Of a stretch of 64,000 nt of DNA, positions 28,925-41,940 are shown one piece after another (positions within the stretch are counted from its first letter, which is position 1; the number at the start of each line of letters is the position of its first letter). This stretch comes from the human T2T-CHM13v2.0 reference genome, Homo sapiens. A model generated the notes under the pieces. It ran no database searches. It saw only the letters and a program-made list of their open reading frames with translations, and had not been told where the DNA came from. Where the stretch lies: NCBI RefSeq assembly GCF_009914755.1, contig NC_060937.1; one strand, given 5' to 3'. The translations under genes and the position numbers were made by a program.

Positions 28925-29586
28925 TGAATAAGCAATGGAGTAGATGGATGGATAGGTGACAAAAGGGATGGATGGATAGATGACAGAGCAGATGAATGGC
29001 GATGGAGGGATGGGTAGGCAACGGAATGGTTGGGTAAGCAATGGAGCGAATGATGTGGAATGATAGATGATGGACTGGATGGATGGATAGGCGATGGAGG
29101 GATGGATATGTGATGGAGTGGATGGATAGGTGATGGAGTGGATGGATAGGCAATGGAGTGGATGGATGGACAGTTGATGGAGTGGATGAATGGATAGGTG
29201 ACAGAGCAGAAGAATGGGCTACAAAGCAGACAAATAGGTTATGGAGAGACGATCAGGCAGTGGAGTGGACGGATGAACAGTAATAGAGGGATAGATAGGC
29301 GATGGAGGGACAGATAGGTAGTGGAGTGGATGAATAGACAGTGGAGTGAATGGATAGGCGGTGGAGTGGATGGACAGGTGGTGGAGTGGATGGACAGGTG
29401 GTGGAGTGGACAGACAGGTGGTGGAGTGGATGGACAGGTGGTGGAGTAGACGGACAGGTGGTGGAGTGGACAGACAACTGTTGGAGAGGACGGATAGATG
29501 TTGGAGAGGACGGACAGGTGGTGGAGTGGACGGACAGGTGGTGGAGTGGACGGGTAGGTGGTGGAGTGGATGGGTAGGTGGTGGAA
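28925..29586. repeat. (TGGA)-rich degenerate repeat ending in a 20-bp minisatellite gtggagtggatggacaggtg
   Basis: Repeated units are directly visible and most homogeneous at ~29340-29586. Confidence 0.93.
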
Positions 29587-30361
29587 GCAAGTTCCAGGTG
29601 CAGTTCCAGGGAGGTGATGTTTGGGTGTGTGACCTTTGAAAGGACAGTGAGGACAGCCAACTGAGAAAATCACATTTGTGCTCTGTGAGAGATTCAGGCT
29701 GAAAGGCAAGTGTTCACTCCACATCTCTGACTACACTTCCGAGGCCTTCAATTGACCTCTGTCCGTGTGCTCAGCTCCTTGCCCTGTCTCTCTGCTCCAA
29801 AGACAGGACCCTCACTGCATGGCATTTTGATAATGGCTTGCACATCTGCAGTTCCGAGGCTGTGTGCCCTTGGGCTGTCCGTCTCTTGTTCGTCCTCCCT
29901 CCCCAGCGGCTGACGAAGAGCCCGCCCAGGATCAGCACCTGGCTGCTCCGCCCTTGCCGCGCGGTTCAGCCTGGCAACTGCTGGGGCAGTTGGCAACACC
30001 ACCGACCATCTCCTCTTTCCTTTTGTTTCACTTTCCCTCTTGTTCTTTTATTTCTTCGTTATTTTTCTATTTTTGCTTTTTTGCTGACTTCTCAGTTCTC
30101 GATTTTTCTTCATTTCCCACCCTTTCATCGTCTCCAACTCCACACTTGCCCTGCTGATGGGTTGGGACTGCCTCACGACGGGAACAAGGGCCCATTGTTA
30201 AGCAGAAGGATAAATCAATGTTCACAAGCATTGGTTATATCTATCATTTAAGATTCAGTTTTAAGGACATAGACAATTGCAGCCATGTGGTTGGGTAAAG
30301 ATGTTATTGCAAATCAGTATTTACTCATACAAATCTTTTAATCTGGATTATTCCTGCAGAG

Positions 30362-30553
30362 CTGTAGTATCCAATATGCTAGCACCTCATTGCCTGTGGC
30401 TGTTAATTTAAATTAATTAAAATTTTAGTTCCTAATTCTTGTTAGCCACATTTTAAGTGCTCAAAATGCCACGTGGGGACTGGGAGCCACCACATTGGAT
30501 AGAGCGTGTATGGACATTATCACCATCACAGAAGCTTTTAGTGGACAGTGCCG
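30362..30553 (-). mobile_element. MER3 (hAT-Charlie MITE)
   Basis: tccaatatgctagc...aatttaaattaattaaaattttagttcct...tagccacattttaagtgctcaa...ggacattatcaccatcacagaagcttttagtggacagtgccg is antisense MER3; followed by the Charlie-type target ctctagag. Confidence 0.85.
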
Positions 30554-31404
30554 CTCTAGAGGGTGACATGTGTGTGCCAGTGATCCACGGTGGGGACTGG
30601 GAGCTGCCATATTGGATAGAGCGGGTATGGACATTGTCACCATCACAGAAGCTTTTAGTGGACAGTGCTGCTCTAGAAGGTGACCTGTGTGTAGCAGTGA
30701 TCCAGAGTGGGGACTGGGAGCTGCCATATTGGATAGAGCGGGTGTGGACATTGTCACCATCACAGAAGCTTTTAGTGGACAGTGCTGCTCTAGAGGGTGA
30801 CCTGTGTGTAGCAGTGATCCAGAGTGGGGACTGGGAGCCGCCATATTGGATAGAGCGGGTGTGGACATTGTCACCATCACAGAAGCTTTTAGTGGACAGT
30901 GCTGCTCTAGAGGGTGACCTGTGTGTAGCAGTGATCCAGAGTGGGGACTGGGAGCCGCCATATTGGATAGAGCGGGTGTGGACATTGTCACCATCACAGA
31001 AGCTTTTAGTGGACAGTGCTGCTCTAGAGGGTGACCTGTGTGTAGCAGTGATCCAGAGTGGGGACTGGAGCCGCCATATTGGATAGAGCGGGTGTGGACA
31101 TTGTCACCATCACAGAAGCTTTTAGTGGACAGTGCTGCTCTAGAGGGTGACCTGTGTGTAGCAGTGATCCAGAGTGGGGACTGGGAGCCGCCATATTGGA
31201 TAGAGCGGGTGTGGACATTGTCACCATCACAGAAGCTTTTAGTGGACAGTGCTGCTCTAGAGGGTGACCTGTGTGTAGCAGTGATCCAGAGTGGGGACTG
31301 GGAGCTGCCATATTGGATAGAGCAGGTGTGGACATTGTCACCACCACAAAGTTTTAGCGGACAGTGCTGCTCTAGAGGGTGACCTGTGTGTGCCAGTGAT
31401 CCAG
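30473..31404. repeat. VNTR, 117-bp unit, about 8 copies, built from a MER3 terminus plus flank
   Basis: Units start near 30475, 30592, 30709, 30826, 30943, 31060, 31176 and 31293; 39-aa periodicity in the ORF track. Confidence 0.97.
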
Positions 31405-31904
31405 AAACACTGTTCCAGATCATGGGTTCTCGTTAATTGATTGTGTCATGAAATGAAACCAACTGGCCTTCAGCTATAGTTCCTTTCTTTTTTCTCTATT
31501 TTGACTCTAGATAGAAAAAATCAATCTTTTTAATCTATTTTAGATGGAAAAACTTCAGATTAGATTTTTAAAGAGTCTATTTTGACTCTTTAGATACAAA
31601 AAGGTCAAAGTGGAACTTTGAACTGTTAAACAGGAATAAAGTTACAACTGGCAAACTGTAGAATGTGTGAAGATAGCAAAAATAGCAAAATAGAGACAGC
31701 AAAAATAGAGTTTCAAGTTGTTGGTTCTGTTACCTCATTGCAGCAAGTTATATATTGTAATCAAAACTAAGTTTTAAATATAACTGAAAACAAAAATAAT
31801 CTTAATTACTTTTAGAGTAAAATACGTGTTTAAAGATATTTGGGGACTCATTCATTTTTGGAGTCTTTGAATATTTATTAAAAATTTATAATGCTACAGT
31901 GGCT

Positions 31905-32110
31905 ACAGGCTCAGGAGCTAAAATAATGTGGGCTACCATTTTAGCCCTGTGACTTTTAAGATGTGTGACCTCAAGGAGCCGACTTAGCATCTCTGATCCT
32001 CAGTGTTTTCAATAAGGAGCCGATGAGTCATCCGTCAGATCGGGCTCCTGTGCGGATTAGATGGTTAACATGTGGGGATGGCTAAGCCCAGGACCAGTGT
32101 GCCCTAAGGC
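31905..32110 (+). mobile_element. MIR
   Basis: tgtgtgacctcaaggagccgacttagcatctctgatcctcagtgtttt...tgtgcggattagatggttaacatg resembles the MIR core. Confidence 0.65.
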
Positions 32111-32260
32111 AGAAGCAAGGATTTGCTCTCAGAGTCGTTGGTTGCTGTGTGCTGGGAACTGGTGTCTGACACAAGGACACATTTTTAAACATCTGTGTTC
32201 AAGATCAGATCATGGGGGCTACTGAGGCAGGCTCAGAATTGAGTGTGCCTCAAAGCAACT

Positions 32261-33040
32261 TTCTTTTTTTTAAATTTTTTTTATTATACTTTAAGTTCTA
32301 GGGTACATGTGCACAATGTGCAGGTTGTTACATAGGTATACATATGCCATGTTGGTGTGCTGCACCCATTAACTCGTCATTTACGTTAGGTATTTCTCCT
32401 AGTGCTATCCCTCCCCCAGCCACCCACCCCATGACAGGCCCCAGTGTGTGATGTTCCCCTTCCTGTGTCCAAGTGTTCTCATTTTTCAACTCCCACCTAT
32501 GAGTGAGAACATGCGGTGTTTGGTTTTTTGTCCTTGTGATAGTTTGCTCAGAATGATGGTTTCCAGCTGCATCCATATCCCTGCAAAGGACATGAACTCA
32601 TCCTTTTTCATGGCTGCATAGTATTCCATGGTGTATATGTGCCACATTTTCTTAATCTAGTATATCATTGATGGACATTTGGGTTGGTTCCAAGTTTCTG
32701 CTATTGTGAATAGTGCCACAATAAACATACGTGTGCATGTGTCTTTATAGTAGCATGATTTATAATCCTTTGGGTAATACCCAGTAAAGGGATCGCTGGG
32801 TCAAATGATATTTCTAGTTCTAGATCCTTGAGGAATCACCACACTGTCTTCCACAATGGTTGAACTAGTTTATACTCCCACCAACAGTGTAAAAGTGTTC
32901 CTATTTCTCTACATCCTCTCCAGCACCTGTTGTTTCCTGGCTTTTTAATGATAGCCATTCTTTCTGGTGTGAGATGGTATCTCATTGTGGTTTTGATTTG
33001 CATTTCTCTGGTGACCAGTGATCATGAGCATTTTTTCATG
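32261..33040 (-). mobile_element. 5'-truncated L1PA-type LINE-1 (~780 bp)
   Basis: ttatactttaagttctagggtacatgtgcacaa... antisense L1PA 3' UTR and ORF2 tail; TSD gcaactttctttt at 32255-32267 and 33040-33052. Confidence 0.97.
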
Positions 33041-33216
33041 CAACTTTCTTTTACTATTAGTGAGGCATTTGAAGGCAAGCCAAAATTCACTAGCCTTTGA
33101 AACAAAGAATTGATATAAATAATTAGAGAAGTAAAAGCTCTTTACGTTTCTGGTGAGAGTAGTTTTATTTGACTACTAACGAGTGACCTGAGCTTCCATT
33201 TGAAATCTGAGAGCCT

Positions 33217-33249
33217 ATCGCTTCTCGGCCTTTTGGCTAAGATCAAGTG
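33217..33249 (+). pseudogene. 3'-truncated (tailless) U2 snRNA retropseudogene, U2 nt 1-33
   Basis: atcgcttctcggccttttggctaagatcaagtg equals the 5' end of U2 snRNA; flanked by direct repeat tgaaatctgagagc at 33201-33214 and 33248-33261. Confidence 0.95.
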
Positions 33250-33911
33250 AAATCTGAGAGCTAGTCCGTGGTCTCTGACTGAGTGTCCTGGACCACTCAC
33301 ATTGATGACACTCAACAGAAAGAACAGAATCCACTTTTTACGTTTATATTCAGTGAGGAAGGCTACAGCCGTAAAGCAGAGCCATCTCCTAGAAGGGGTT
33401 AAGATGGGTGAGGAGGAGCTAGAGATGGGAGGAACTTGGGGACAGGCCAGGGGCTGGTGGTCCTTCCCACCATGTGCGCCCCCCTGCCCACCCACGTTGG
33501 AGTACAATGCCTGGTGCCACCATCTGAACCCTGTGTGCAACCTGGGTGCCTCAGCTTGGTGAGGGAGGGGCGGCAGGACTGCCCCGCTTACCATCTCCTT
33601 CATCCTGCCACGGCTCTCATGTGCCCTACCCTCTAGATACTCTAAATGTTTGCAGGCCTCCATCAGGCTTGGCTCCCATGCACCTTGTGTTTGAACACGG
33701 TACATTTGGGCCTGCTGCTCCTCTGGCCTAAGTCTCCCCTCCATCCCATCCACCCTCCAGACCACCCCGTCCCAACCTGCAAACTCGCTATCCCCAGCGA
33801 GTCTCCATCTCACCTTCCAACAACACTGAGCTCACGACTCACACTTAGGTCACTGTGTTGTGGCGTCTGTCACCCTACACTCTCCCCTGTGAATTCTCTG
33901 AGGATAGGGAC

Positions 33912-34744
33912 TGTCGGGAGTCCCTCAGGCCACCCCAGGTTCTATGATTCTCCAGGAGGACTCAGAGAACCCAGGGTTCCATCGCACTCACGACTGTGGC
34001 TTTTTACAGCAAAAGGATGCAGGGCACACTCAGCAAAGAGGGAAGGTGTGTGGGGGAGACAGGCACAGGCTTCCAGGCCCCCCTCCTAGTGTAGTCACAG
34101 GGATGTGCTTTGTTTCCCCTGCAGTGAGTGTGACAGCACTGGAGGGGGTGTGACAGCACTGGAGTGAGTGTGACAGCACTGGAGGGGGTGTGACAGCACT
34201 GGAGTGAGTGTGACAACACTGGAGGGGGTGTGACAGCACTGGAGGGGTGTGACAACACTGGAGGGGGTGTGACAGCACTGGAGTGAGTGACAGCACTGGA
34301 GGAGGTGTGACAGCACTGGAGGGGGTGTGACAGCACTGGAGGGGGTTGACAGCATGTGAAGGGTTTTCCTGCAGTGAGTGACAGCACTGGACTGTGACAG
34401 CACTGCACCGTGACAGCACTGGGGGGGGCGTGACAGCATTGAAGTGAGTGTGATATGAAGTGTCTTCTACCAGGGGAGCTCCTTAGAGGCTGCATGTCCA
34501 GGGTTTTTATTGGGGGCTTGTCACACAGGCACCGTCTGCTCAGCACACCCCAAGATTCCAGACTCCCAGAAGGAAAGCAGGTATTCCACATCAACCACAC
34601 TGTTTGCACAAAGAGCCCCTCTTAGCAGAGAATGGTGGAAACCCTTCCAAAACCCAGGTTCCCAGATGCCAGCGCAGGGCCACCCTTGCAGGCCTTCCTG
34701 CGGGTTTCAGCTCCAGGCCTGCCGCATGACCTGCTTTCTGCACT
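33912..34744 (-). mobile_element. MER21-like ERV LTR containing an internal minisatellite
   Basis: accccaggttctatgattc...ggaggactca...tttttacagcaaaaggat...cagggtttttattgggggcttgtcac...ccagactcccagaaggaaagcagg...gttcccagatgccagc...tttctgcac. Confidence 0.85.
34123..34452. repeat. Minisatellite, ~20-bp unit gtgtgacagcactggag(ggg/tga)
   Basis: About 15 tandem units inside the MER21-like LTR. Confidence 0.95.
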
Positions 34745-35219
34745 GGCATCACACAGGTTTATTTATTAGCACCCAGGTGGAGCTGAGTGCATGTCACAGG
34801 ACCATAACTATTGACTAAACAAGCGGGAGACGAAGTGTCATAGAAACCCAGGTCAGGGCCACCCTCTGGCCTGCCTGTGGGGAGCAGTGGTGATGAACCT
34901 TTAGGAAGCAGGAGCCAGGCTGTGGTGGCAGCGTGTGGAGGACGATGGCAGCGAGGGGCCATCTCTAAGGTGGAAGAAACAGGGCTTGCACAGGGATGTA
35001 GGGCAGGAGAGGGTGTGGAGCTCCGTGGTGGGGGAGAATCTGTGGATGAGTGCCGTGGATGTGGCTGTGGTCGGGTGGACACCGGTTGAGAAAGGGGTTC
35101 TGGGGAACGCTTCAGGACCATGCAGACGGTCTTCCCCTTTTCGTATGAAGACGCTTTGGTGGAACGTGTCACTCGGTGAGCATGAGAGAATGTTCTCTAG
35201 TTCTCACACTGCAGGAGAG

Positions 35220-35645
35220 TGTGCTGGCAGGGCCACCATGTCCACTTCCCTGTCTCCCTGGGTCACAGAACCCCAAATTCAAGCTGAGCTGTCCACGATA
35301 AAGGTTGCATTTCCCAGCCTCTGCAGCAGTGGCTGTCGACCACGTGCCTACTTTCTAGCTCATAAGATCAAACCTGAACAGCTCTGGAAAGGCATGAAAT
35401 GTGCTCTTCTTCATCCCTCAGCTGTGCCTACCAGCCATTGGGAGCACCAGCATGACAGATGCCATTACAGGTCGTGAGGCATCCCTTGAGGGAGCAGCCT
35501 GGTCTCTGATGCCCCAGGACCTCCCTGGCCCTCCTGCTCTGCGCTCCTTCCTGGGAGGAGAAATAAGCTCTTGTTGGGTTGAAGTCACTTGTCCCTCAGG
35601 GTTTTGCTGCTGTTACTTCCAGCTAAACCTACTCCCAGCTAATAT
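35220..35645 (+). mobile_element. Old MaLR LTR (MLT1H-K-like)
   Basis: tgcatttcccagcctc...agcctggtctctgatg...gagaaataagctcttgttgggttgaagtcact...ctgttacttccagctaaacct...ctaata. Confidence 0.65.
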
Positions 35646-38009
35646 TTACAACCAGAGCTGTTTCCATCACACCAAACTGGAAGAAATATGTCTGTGAAGG
35701 GAAAGCATGACCCACACTGATGGGAGGGAGACCCCAGGCTCCCTGTGGAAGCAAGAAATGGAAAGAGAATTCAATTCTTAGTAGCTACAGGCCAAGCTCA
35801 CCTTCAGTCCTCCCTAAAGTGAAAATTTTATATGTGCATGTGTGTGTATCTGTTTGTGTCTGCACACATATATAAAGAGGTCAGTTCCTGTCCAAATAAA
35901 AAGGGAAAATATGTGGATTGAGAGGGGATTATTTAAGAGCCCATTCTCTGCAGAATGTTGTTTATAGCGCAGTTCTGACCTACCTTAGACTGGACATTTT
36001 TAAAGATAACTGTGTTTGTGGGAAGATGGGCTTCTGCCCCCTCCTTTTCATTTAAAGAGAATGACTTTTTTTTTTTTCTTTAAACACTGGAACTGTTGTC
36101 ATGCTAATCAGGCAGGGAACATTTCCAATTCAATTTTACCTGGGCCTGGTCAGCTGAGTTCCCCTTTGTTGGCCGTCTCTGGGGACCTCCCTTGTCTTTT
36201 AAACTGTAATTTACTTGAGCTGCCATCAATTTCCTCTGCTCATTACATTTGTGGCGATGTCACTGATATGCAATCTGTGGATGCTCCCGGAACCGAAGGG
36301 GAATGGCCGCATGAACCCAGAATGAAGGCGGAGCAGGCTGGCCCTCCGCCGGCCCCCAGAATAAACCGCCCTGGCCACATGCTCCACTGCCTGTCCAGAA
36401 TCCTTGGCCTCAGGCTTGGTTTGCATTGAATCTGGGAATAGAAGCTTTTGCTTCACAGAGGTCTGTCAAGGGGCACCCGGCTCCTTGCCAATTAGTGATT
36501 TCCAGGAGGTGGACTGGCCCTGGTGCTGGCCCCCGTCCCCTGTTCACTCTCATCCAGCCTGGGAGGAATGAGATTCAGCCATTTTAAGGGTTTTATGATT
36601 AATTTTGATTGCAGTCACCAGTGACTGTGGATGTAGGCTGACGGAGCAGGTGTCAGTGATGCCCCCATGGCGTGAAGCTGGGCCTCGAGCAGTTGTCTGG
36701 TAACATGAGGCCACTGGGAACAGTTCCTGGTGCAGGAGGTAGTGATGCTGCCATCACCCCAAACGCCGTCCTCCGAGTAGCCCCTGACGTGACCCTGCGG
36801 GAGGTGTCAGCTGCGTGCCCCTGAGGCCCTGCACCCTCCACATTCTGGGCTGGCTCTCCAGATTCCTCCAGGCACCAGGGTGGCTTCCTGCAGGGAGGGT
36901 GGCGCGTTTCCTTTCCTGTCACCGACAACCCTGAGCTCCCGCCCTCCTCTCCCTTCTGTTTTCCTCTTCGCTCTTTCTTCCACACGTGTGGTCTCCATTC
37001 TTTTTCCTTTCTCTCCTGCTCTTGCTCTCCAGTCCCTCCTAGAGTTATTGTTGACAAAAGCCTGGTCCCCGTTAGTGTTTAATGGTGAGAAGGGGTCAAT
37101 GCACTTACAAGCAGCAGCTCCAAACTTCATATACCCTGAAAATATCCTGACATATGGCCCTGTTCTCAGGGGCAGGCATGTTGGCTTCAAATATTTCTGA
37201 TGTGCTCCTGAAGATGCTCCTGTTACATTCTTCCCAGAGTCAAATAACAGAGTTGTCAATTTACCCATTCACTGCTGCCAGATACATGCAAATGGATGGG
37301 ATCAATATTCCACGTTAACCGTGCACCTGGGGGGCTCACCCCATCAAAGAGGCTGTGATGGGTCAGCAGCAGGCTGAGCACAGCATGGACCTGGACCCAC
37401 CCCGGGTCCCAGTTGGCCCGCTTCCCTTGGCAGGAGGGCCCGGACACTCACATCTTGTCACAACCAGTGCTGATGGGTTTTCTCCCCACTTGAGTGCTTT
37501 TGGCATGGGATGATGAAGCCCCTAAGGTCAGGTATTTCATTTCTTCTTGTCCCTGGTGGCAAAGGACATGCAGACTGGGTGAGGTTGATACTGTTTTCTT
37601 GGTCTGAGGACATCCTCTTAATAAGTACACCTGTGGATTTTTGCCTAAGGGTGCATTTTCTAAATGCTTACCTGCCCAGCTCAGTTGACACTCAGACGGA
37701 CCAGGTGGGTGAGCTGGTGACTTTGTCATTCACGTGCTCATGGCTGCCTGTGGCTGAGTTTCCCTCCCTCCAACCTGGAGCTCTGAAGCTGAAGCATCTC
37801 TGCCTGGCAATTTCCTGTCTGGGCATTGTGTAGGAGGCGCTTCCTAGAACAGGGTGGGCAGAAGGGCTTGGAAACAGGAGTGGCTCGGTCAACCGTGGAC
37901 TAGAAAAAGCTGCATTTCCTGCAGTGGGGCTTGATATTGTGTAGGGGCTATGGGATGGTGGAGAGGGCGTGAGTCTGTGAGCAGAAGGCGGGGGACCTCC
38001 AGCTTTGCT

Positions 38010-38130
38010 CTCCACAGCTGTGTGAGCCTGCAGGGGCACTACCTTCTCTGGACCTCTGTTCTTTACATGGAAAACGAATGTTGTGATATCAAATGAATAA
38101 TGAATGTGAAGGCGTGGGCACAGCTCCAAA
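38010..38130 (+). mobile_element. MIR fragment
   Basis: agctgtgtgagcctgcaggggcactaccttctctggacctctgttctttacatggaaaa...ttgtgatatcaaatga. Confidence 0.55.
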
Positions 38131-39787
38131 AGCAATCCAGGGCTGGCCCTTCTTATGTAGAACACACAGGGCCCCGATATCTCACCGCGTATTTAGTGTG
38201 TAGCATGTTAACTGGACTTAAGTATTACTTATTTTGCAAGGAAAGTGTGCCCATGGCTTGGTCAAAATTCAGGCTGTGAGGCCTCCATCCAAGTTAAAAG
38301 ACAGCCAAACACTCAGGGCTCCATCCAAGTCCCTCCTAATAACATAATGAAATAGATGGTAGGGAATTATGTTTATTTAATCGGTGTGTTGGTGGGGAGC
38401 AGTGCCATGTCACGACAGCTGCTTTTGAATCATCGATCTTCGCCGAGGACACCACACATTTGTTGCCAGTCAGCAAGGTGTGGCCTACAAGCATCTTTCA
38501 AAATATTCAAAACATTTCAAACCAGCCGGAAAGGTGAGAAAGTGGTCCCTTTGGGAATCCATTCCTAGCATGAATGCTTTCCTTCCATGCACGCTCAGAT
38601 GGACACTCGCAGAACAGATCCAGGCTCAGTATCAGCCTCTGCTGGTCCCTTCTTGCTGCCCACATTAGCAGAGCCCATCTGCGTTCCTGGCGTGGACTTG
38701 GCCACCCAGCGGGGGCGGTGTCCCATGACTCTGTACATCCATAAGGGACATGGCATGGTGTGCAGCCAGTGACAGAAAGGACAAGCTTAGAGGTCAGAAG
38801 GAGCCCCAAGGTCACAGCACGACTACAGTGGTGTGAGGGAGAAGGGGCAGGCGTGGCCTTGGGAGGGCTCGGGGGTGGCAGGCTGGGTCTGTTCCTGGCG
38901 GGTGTGGAATGGACTTCCTAGTGGAGAGACAACCTCCCGGGGGTCGGGAGTGAACGTGGTGTGTCCAGGAACACAAGTAAGTTCTGTGGTGGGGAAGAAA
39001 CAGGGAGCTGTGTGAGTGATGGGCAGGGCCAGTGGGGTGGAGGGTGACTCTGTGGCAAAGTGGAGTGGGTGGGAGGAAGCCCAGCAGGGGTCGGCTGGAA
39101 GAGTCAGGAGGACCTGCAGTCGACTTTCAGGCATCCGAATCCTATTTCCAGGAAAATTGCTCCAGTGATGGTGGCACATGGGGAGGGGCTCAGGGGAAGT
39201 GTCCAGAGCCGGGAACACAGGCCTGGAAGCCATTGCAGCCACTGACCAAGACGCAGGAGCAGGGCTTCATGCGGCTGGATGCAGGAGGTAAAGACAAGGG
39301 GCTGGGGGAGGGGGAGAGAGAGAGAGGCAGAGAGAGAGTGGCAGAGAGAGAGTGAGGAAGAGAGAGGATAACAGCAGTGGCAAGGAGGCCCTGCCTCCCT
39401 CATGTCTCCCACATCTTGTGCTTCCGTGGCCCCAGTCAGCAGGTGGGGTGCTGCTGATCCTCCTTAGGTGGGATGCATTTGAAAGTCGCCCGGAGGAAGC
39501 CTGGGAGGATCAGGAAAGGACCCTTCCCTGTGTGGGAAACACCTTAGAAATGCGAATTGAGGATGAGGACACTGGCATAAGAAATTATGGGTGGCATGGC
39601 CCCCGGAAACGCACTCTGCTTACACAAAGTACAGGGGGGCTTGAATGACTGATGACCTGATGCATTCATTGGTCAGCAGGCAGATTCAAAAAGAGGAAGT
39701 TCATTTGGCAGAAACCACGCCTGGAACATTCTAGATTTGTGGCAGTGTGATTAATATGTTTGGGGATAGCCTTAACTATTCATGGCA

Positions 39788-40070
39788 GGCCAGGAGTGGT
39801 GGCTCACGCCTGTAATCCCAGCACTTTTGGAGGCCGAGGCAGGGGTTTGAGACTAGCCTGGGCAACATGGTGAAACCCCATCCCTACTAAAAATACAGAA
39901 ATTAACCGGGCGAGGTGACACACACCTGTAATCTCAGCTACTCAAGAGGCTGAGGCAGGAGAACCACTTGAACCCTGGGGGCAGAGGTTGCAGTGAGCCG
40001 AGATCGCACCACCCCACTCCAGCCTGGGGGTGATAGAGTGAGACAATCTCAAAAAAATAAAAGTAAAAAA
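39788..40070 (+). mobile_element. Alu SINE with a ~25-bp deletion in the left arm
   Basis: gaggccgaggcagg joined directly to ggtttgagactagcctgg; right arm and A-tail intact. Confidence 0.95.
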
Positions 40071-41940
40071 GAGTTCATGGCCAGTGAAAACAGAGTCATC
40101 TTTTAATAAGGCATTAATAACTTCACACCTTTAGCATTAAGTTAATGATTTATAAGTTATCAGGCCATGGCATTCAGGCTGATGTCTTTCTGTAAAGGGC
40201 TCCTCCTGGATTTCCATGTTTAACTCTTTGCTGATAGTTTAAAAGAAACTCTAGACTTTTCAGTGCAATAAGTCTAGATGTACCAGTGCAGGTGAGTGCA
40301 CATCTCATCAGAAAGTCACAATCTCTGCGTACAGCAGGTGCTGAGATGCTGGGGAGAGACATGCTCCCGTCCTGCCCACAAGACTGTGCGGCAACACCTG
40401 CCTCACGTGGAAACTTTTCTTTTTGCTCTGAAATTGCCAACAGCATTAAGTCACATCATCTCAGCCACACGCGTTTTGGGAAAGAAATCTGGAAACCGTG
40501 AAAGCAAATGGACTGTTGTATTTACAGGTTGTTTATCCTGGTATCACAGGCAGGCTTTCCCTTTTGTCACCATAAAAATGAAACTCATCATGGGGAGACA
40601 AACAAAGACTCCTCATTAGTCTGAGCTTTCATCTTCCTCCCTGGGAAAAGCCCTGCCTCTCTTTTATTACAGACACTCTTGGAGACGTCTGCAAAGGCTC
40701 TTTTAATTTGAAGGTGGTTCAAATGTTGATCATTTCAATGAACTACTATTAGTATACTATTTGAAAACAATGACTGTTCTATTATTTTGAATATATTTGA
40801 TAAATGAATTATTTCTGAAGTTACATCTATGTTCGGTGCTTGCAGAGATCAGATAATATATAACGGTAATGAAAAATAATGCAACAGGTTGAGTAAAGCA
40901 GCATTCACTGTTGGGCTGACTGACTTACTCTATCTTTTATATACTCACTTTGACAGTCCACTAGGGAGAATTAATTTCTGGCCTCAACACTGTCTCCAGA
41001 GCAAAATCATGTTGTGCTGGGGTCACATAAATTTAAACTACAGTTAAATGTAATTTAAAAGTCAGTGGTCTCAATCATTAACGGTGGCTCCCCGAATCGT
41101 TCCTATAACCACACATCATCTACTCAGATTTCTTCTTTTGTGAGTCTTGCCAACCATGACAAATGTTGACTGGGACCTCTGTGGCCTCGGACACCACATT
41201 TGCTCTGCCAGAGCTGTGACTGCTGGCTACAGAGCCAAGTCCTGCAGGTACAGAGACGCCTGTGCCCCTGCGGCTGCCACATCTTCTTCACTGGAAGACG
41301 CTGCACCTGTCTCCCAGGAAAAAATTGCAATAAAGACTGACTCTTCTATTTTAATAATATAATTAGTAATAATCCATTTAATAACCCTGGATTAATTAAA
41401 TTTTCTTCTCATTCCAAGAAAGTTCTGAAGAAGCTAGTTCATCACTCTAGGGGATGACTTCCTTCTCTTTGCCATGATAGTTAGGCAGAACGTTTGAAAT
41501 CAGTCCTGTTTACGCCTCTCATTTTCTCATCCACGGCTCAAAAAGGAACCCAGGACCCGAGAGAGAAGGTGTGTGCTCATACGCGCTTGACATGGCTCCC
41601 CTCCTCCAGATGCCTCTCCTCTCCACCAGTGCTGCAACCTAGGAGAAAAGGCCTGGCAGCCCAACTCCATCGGCATTCTCTTTCCATCGGGAGTCTTGTG
41701 CATTGGGCATCTCTAGAGCTGGAGAACCAGACACAGCCTTGTAATAGCTGACTTAAGCTCAGGAATCATTTTTGCTACCTCCTCCCAAGTGTGTCTACCT
41801 GCCCAGGCAAGTGAAAAACCCAAGGCAGTGGGCTCCATGGCCTTGGTCAAGGTCACTCAGTAAGTCCCCTTGGACCTTTGGATGCCCTGACTCCCTGCCG
41901 CACACTGAGACAGCCCTTCACAGCCCATCCCATGCACCCA

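Noticed and set aside
30457-31423. Repeat-protein ORFs with a 39-aa period
   Set aside because: They come from the 117-bp MER3-derived VNTR, whose unit length is divisible by 3; frameshifted mid-array.
33217-33249. Functional U2 snRNA gene
   Set aside because: Only the first 33 nt are present; there is no Sm site or 3' stem-loops, and TSDs indicate retroposition.
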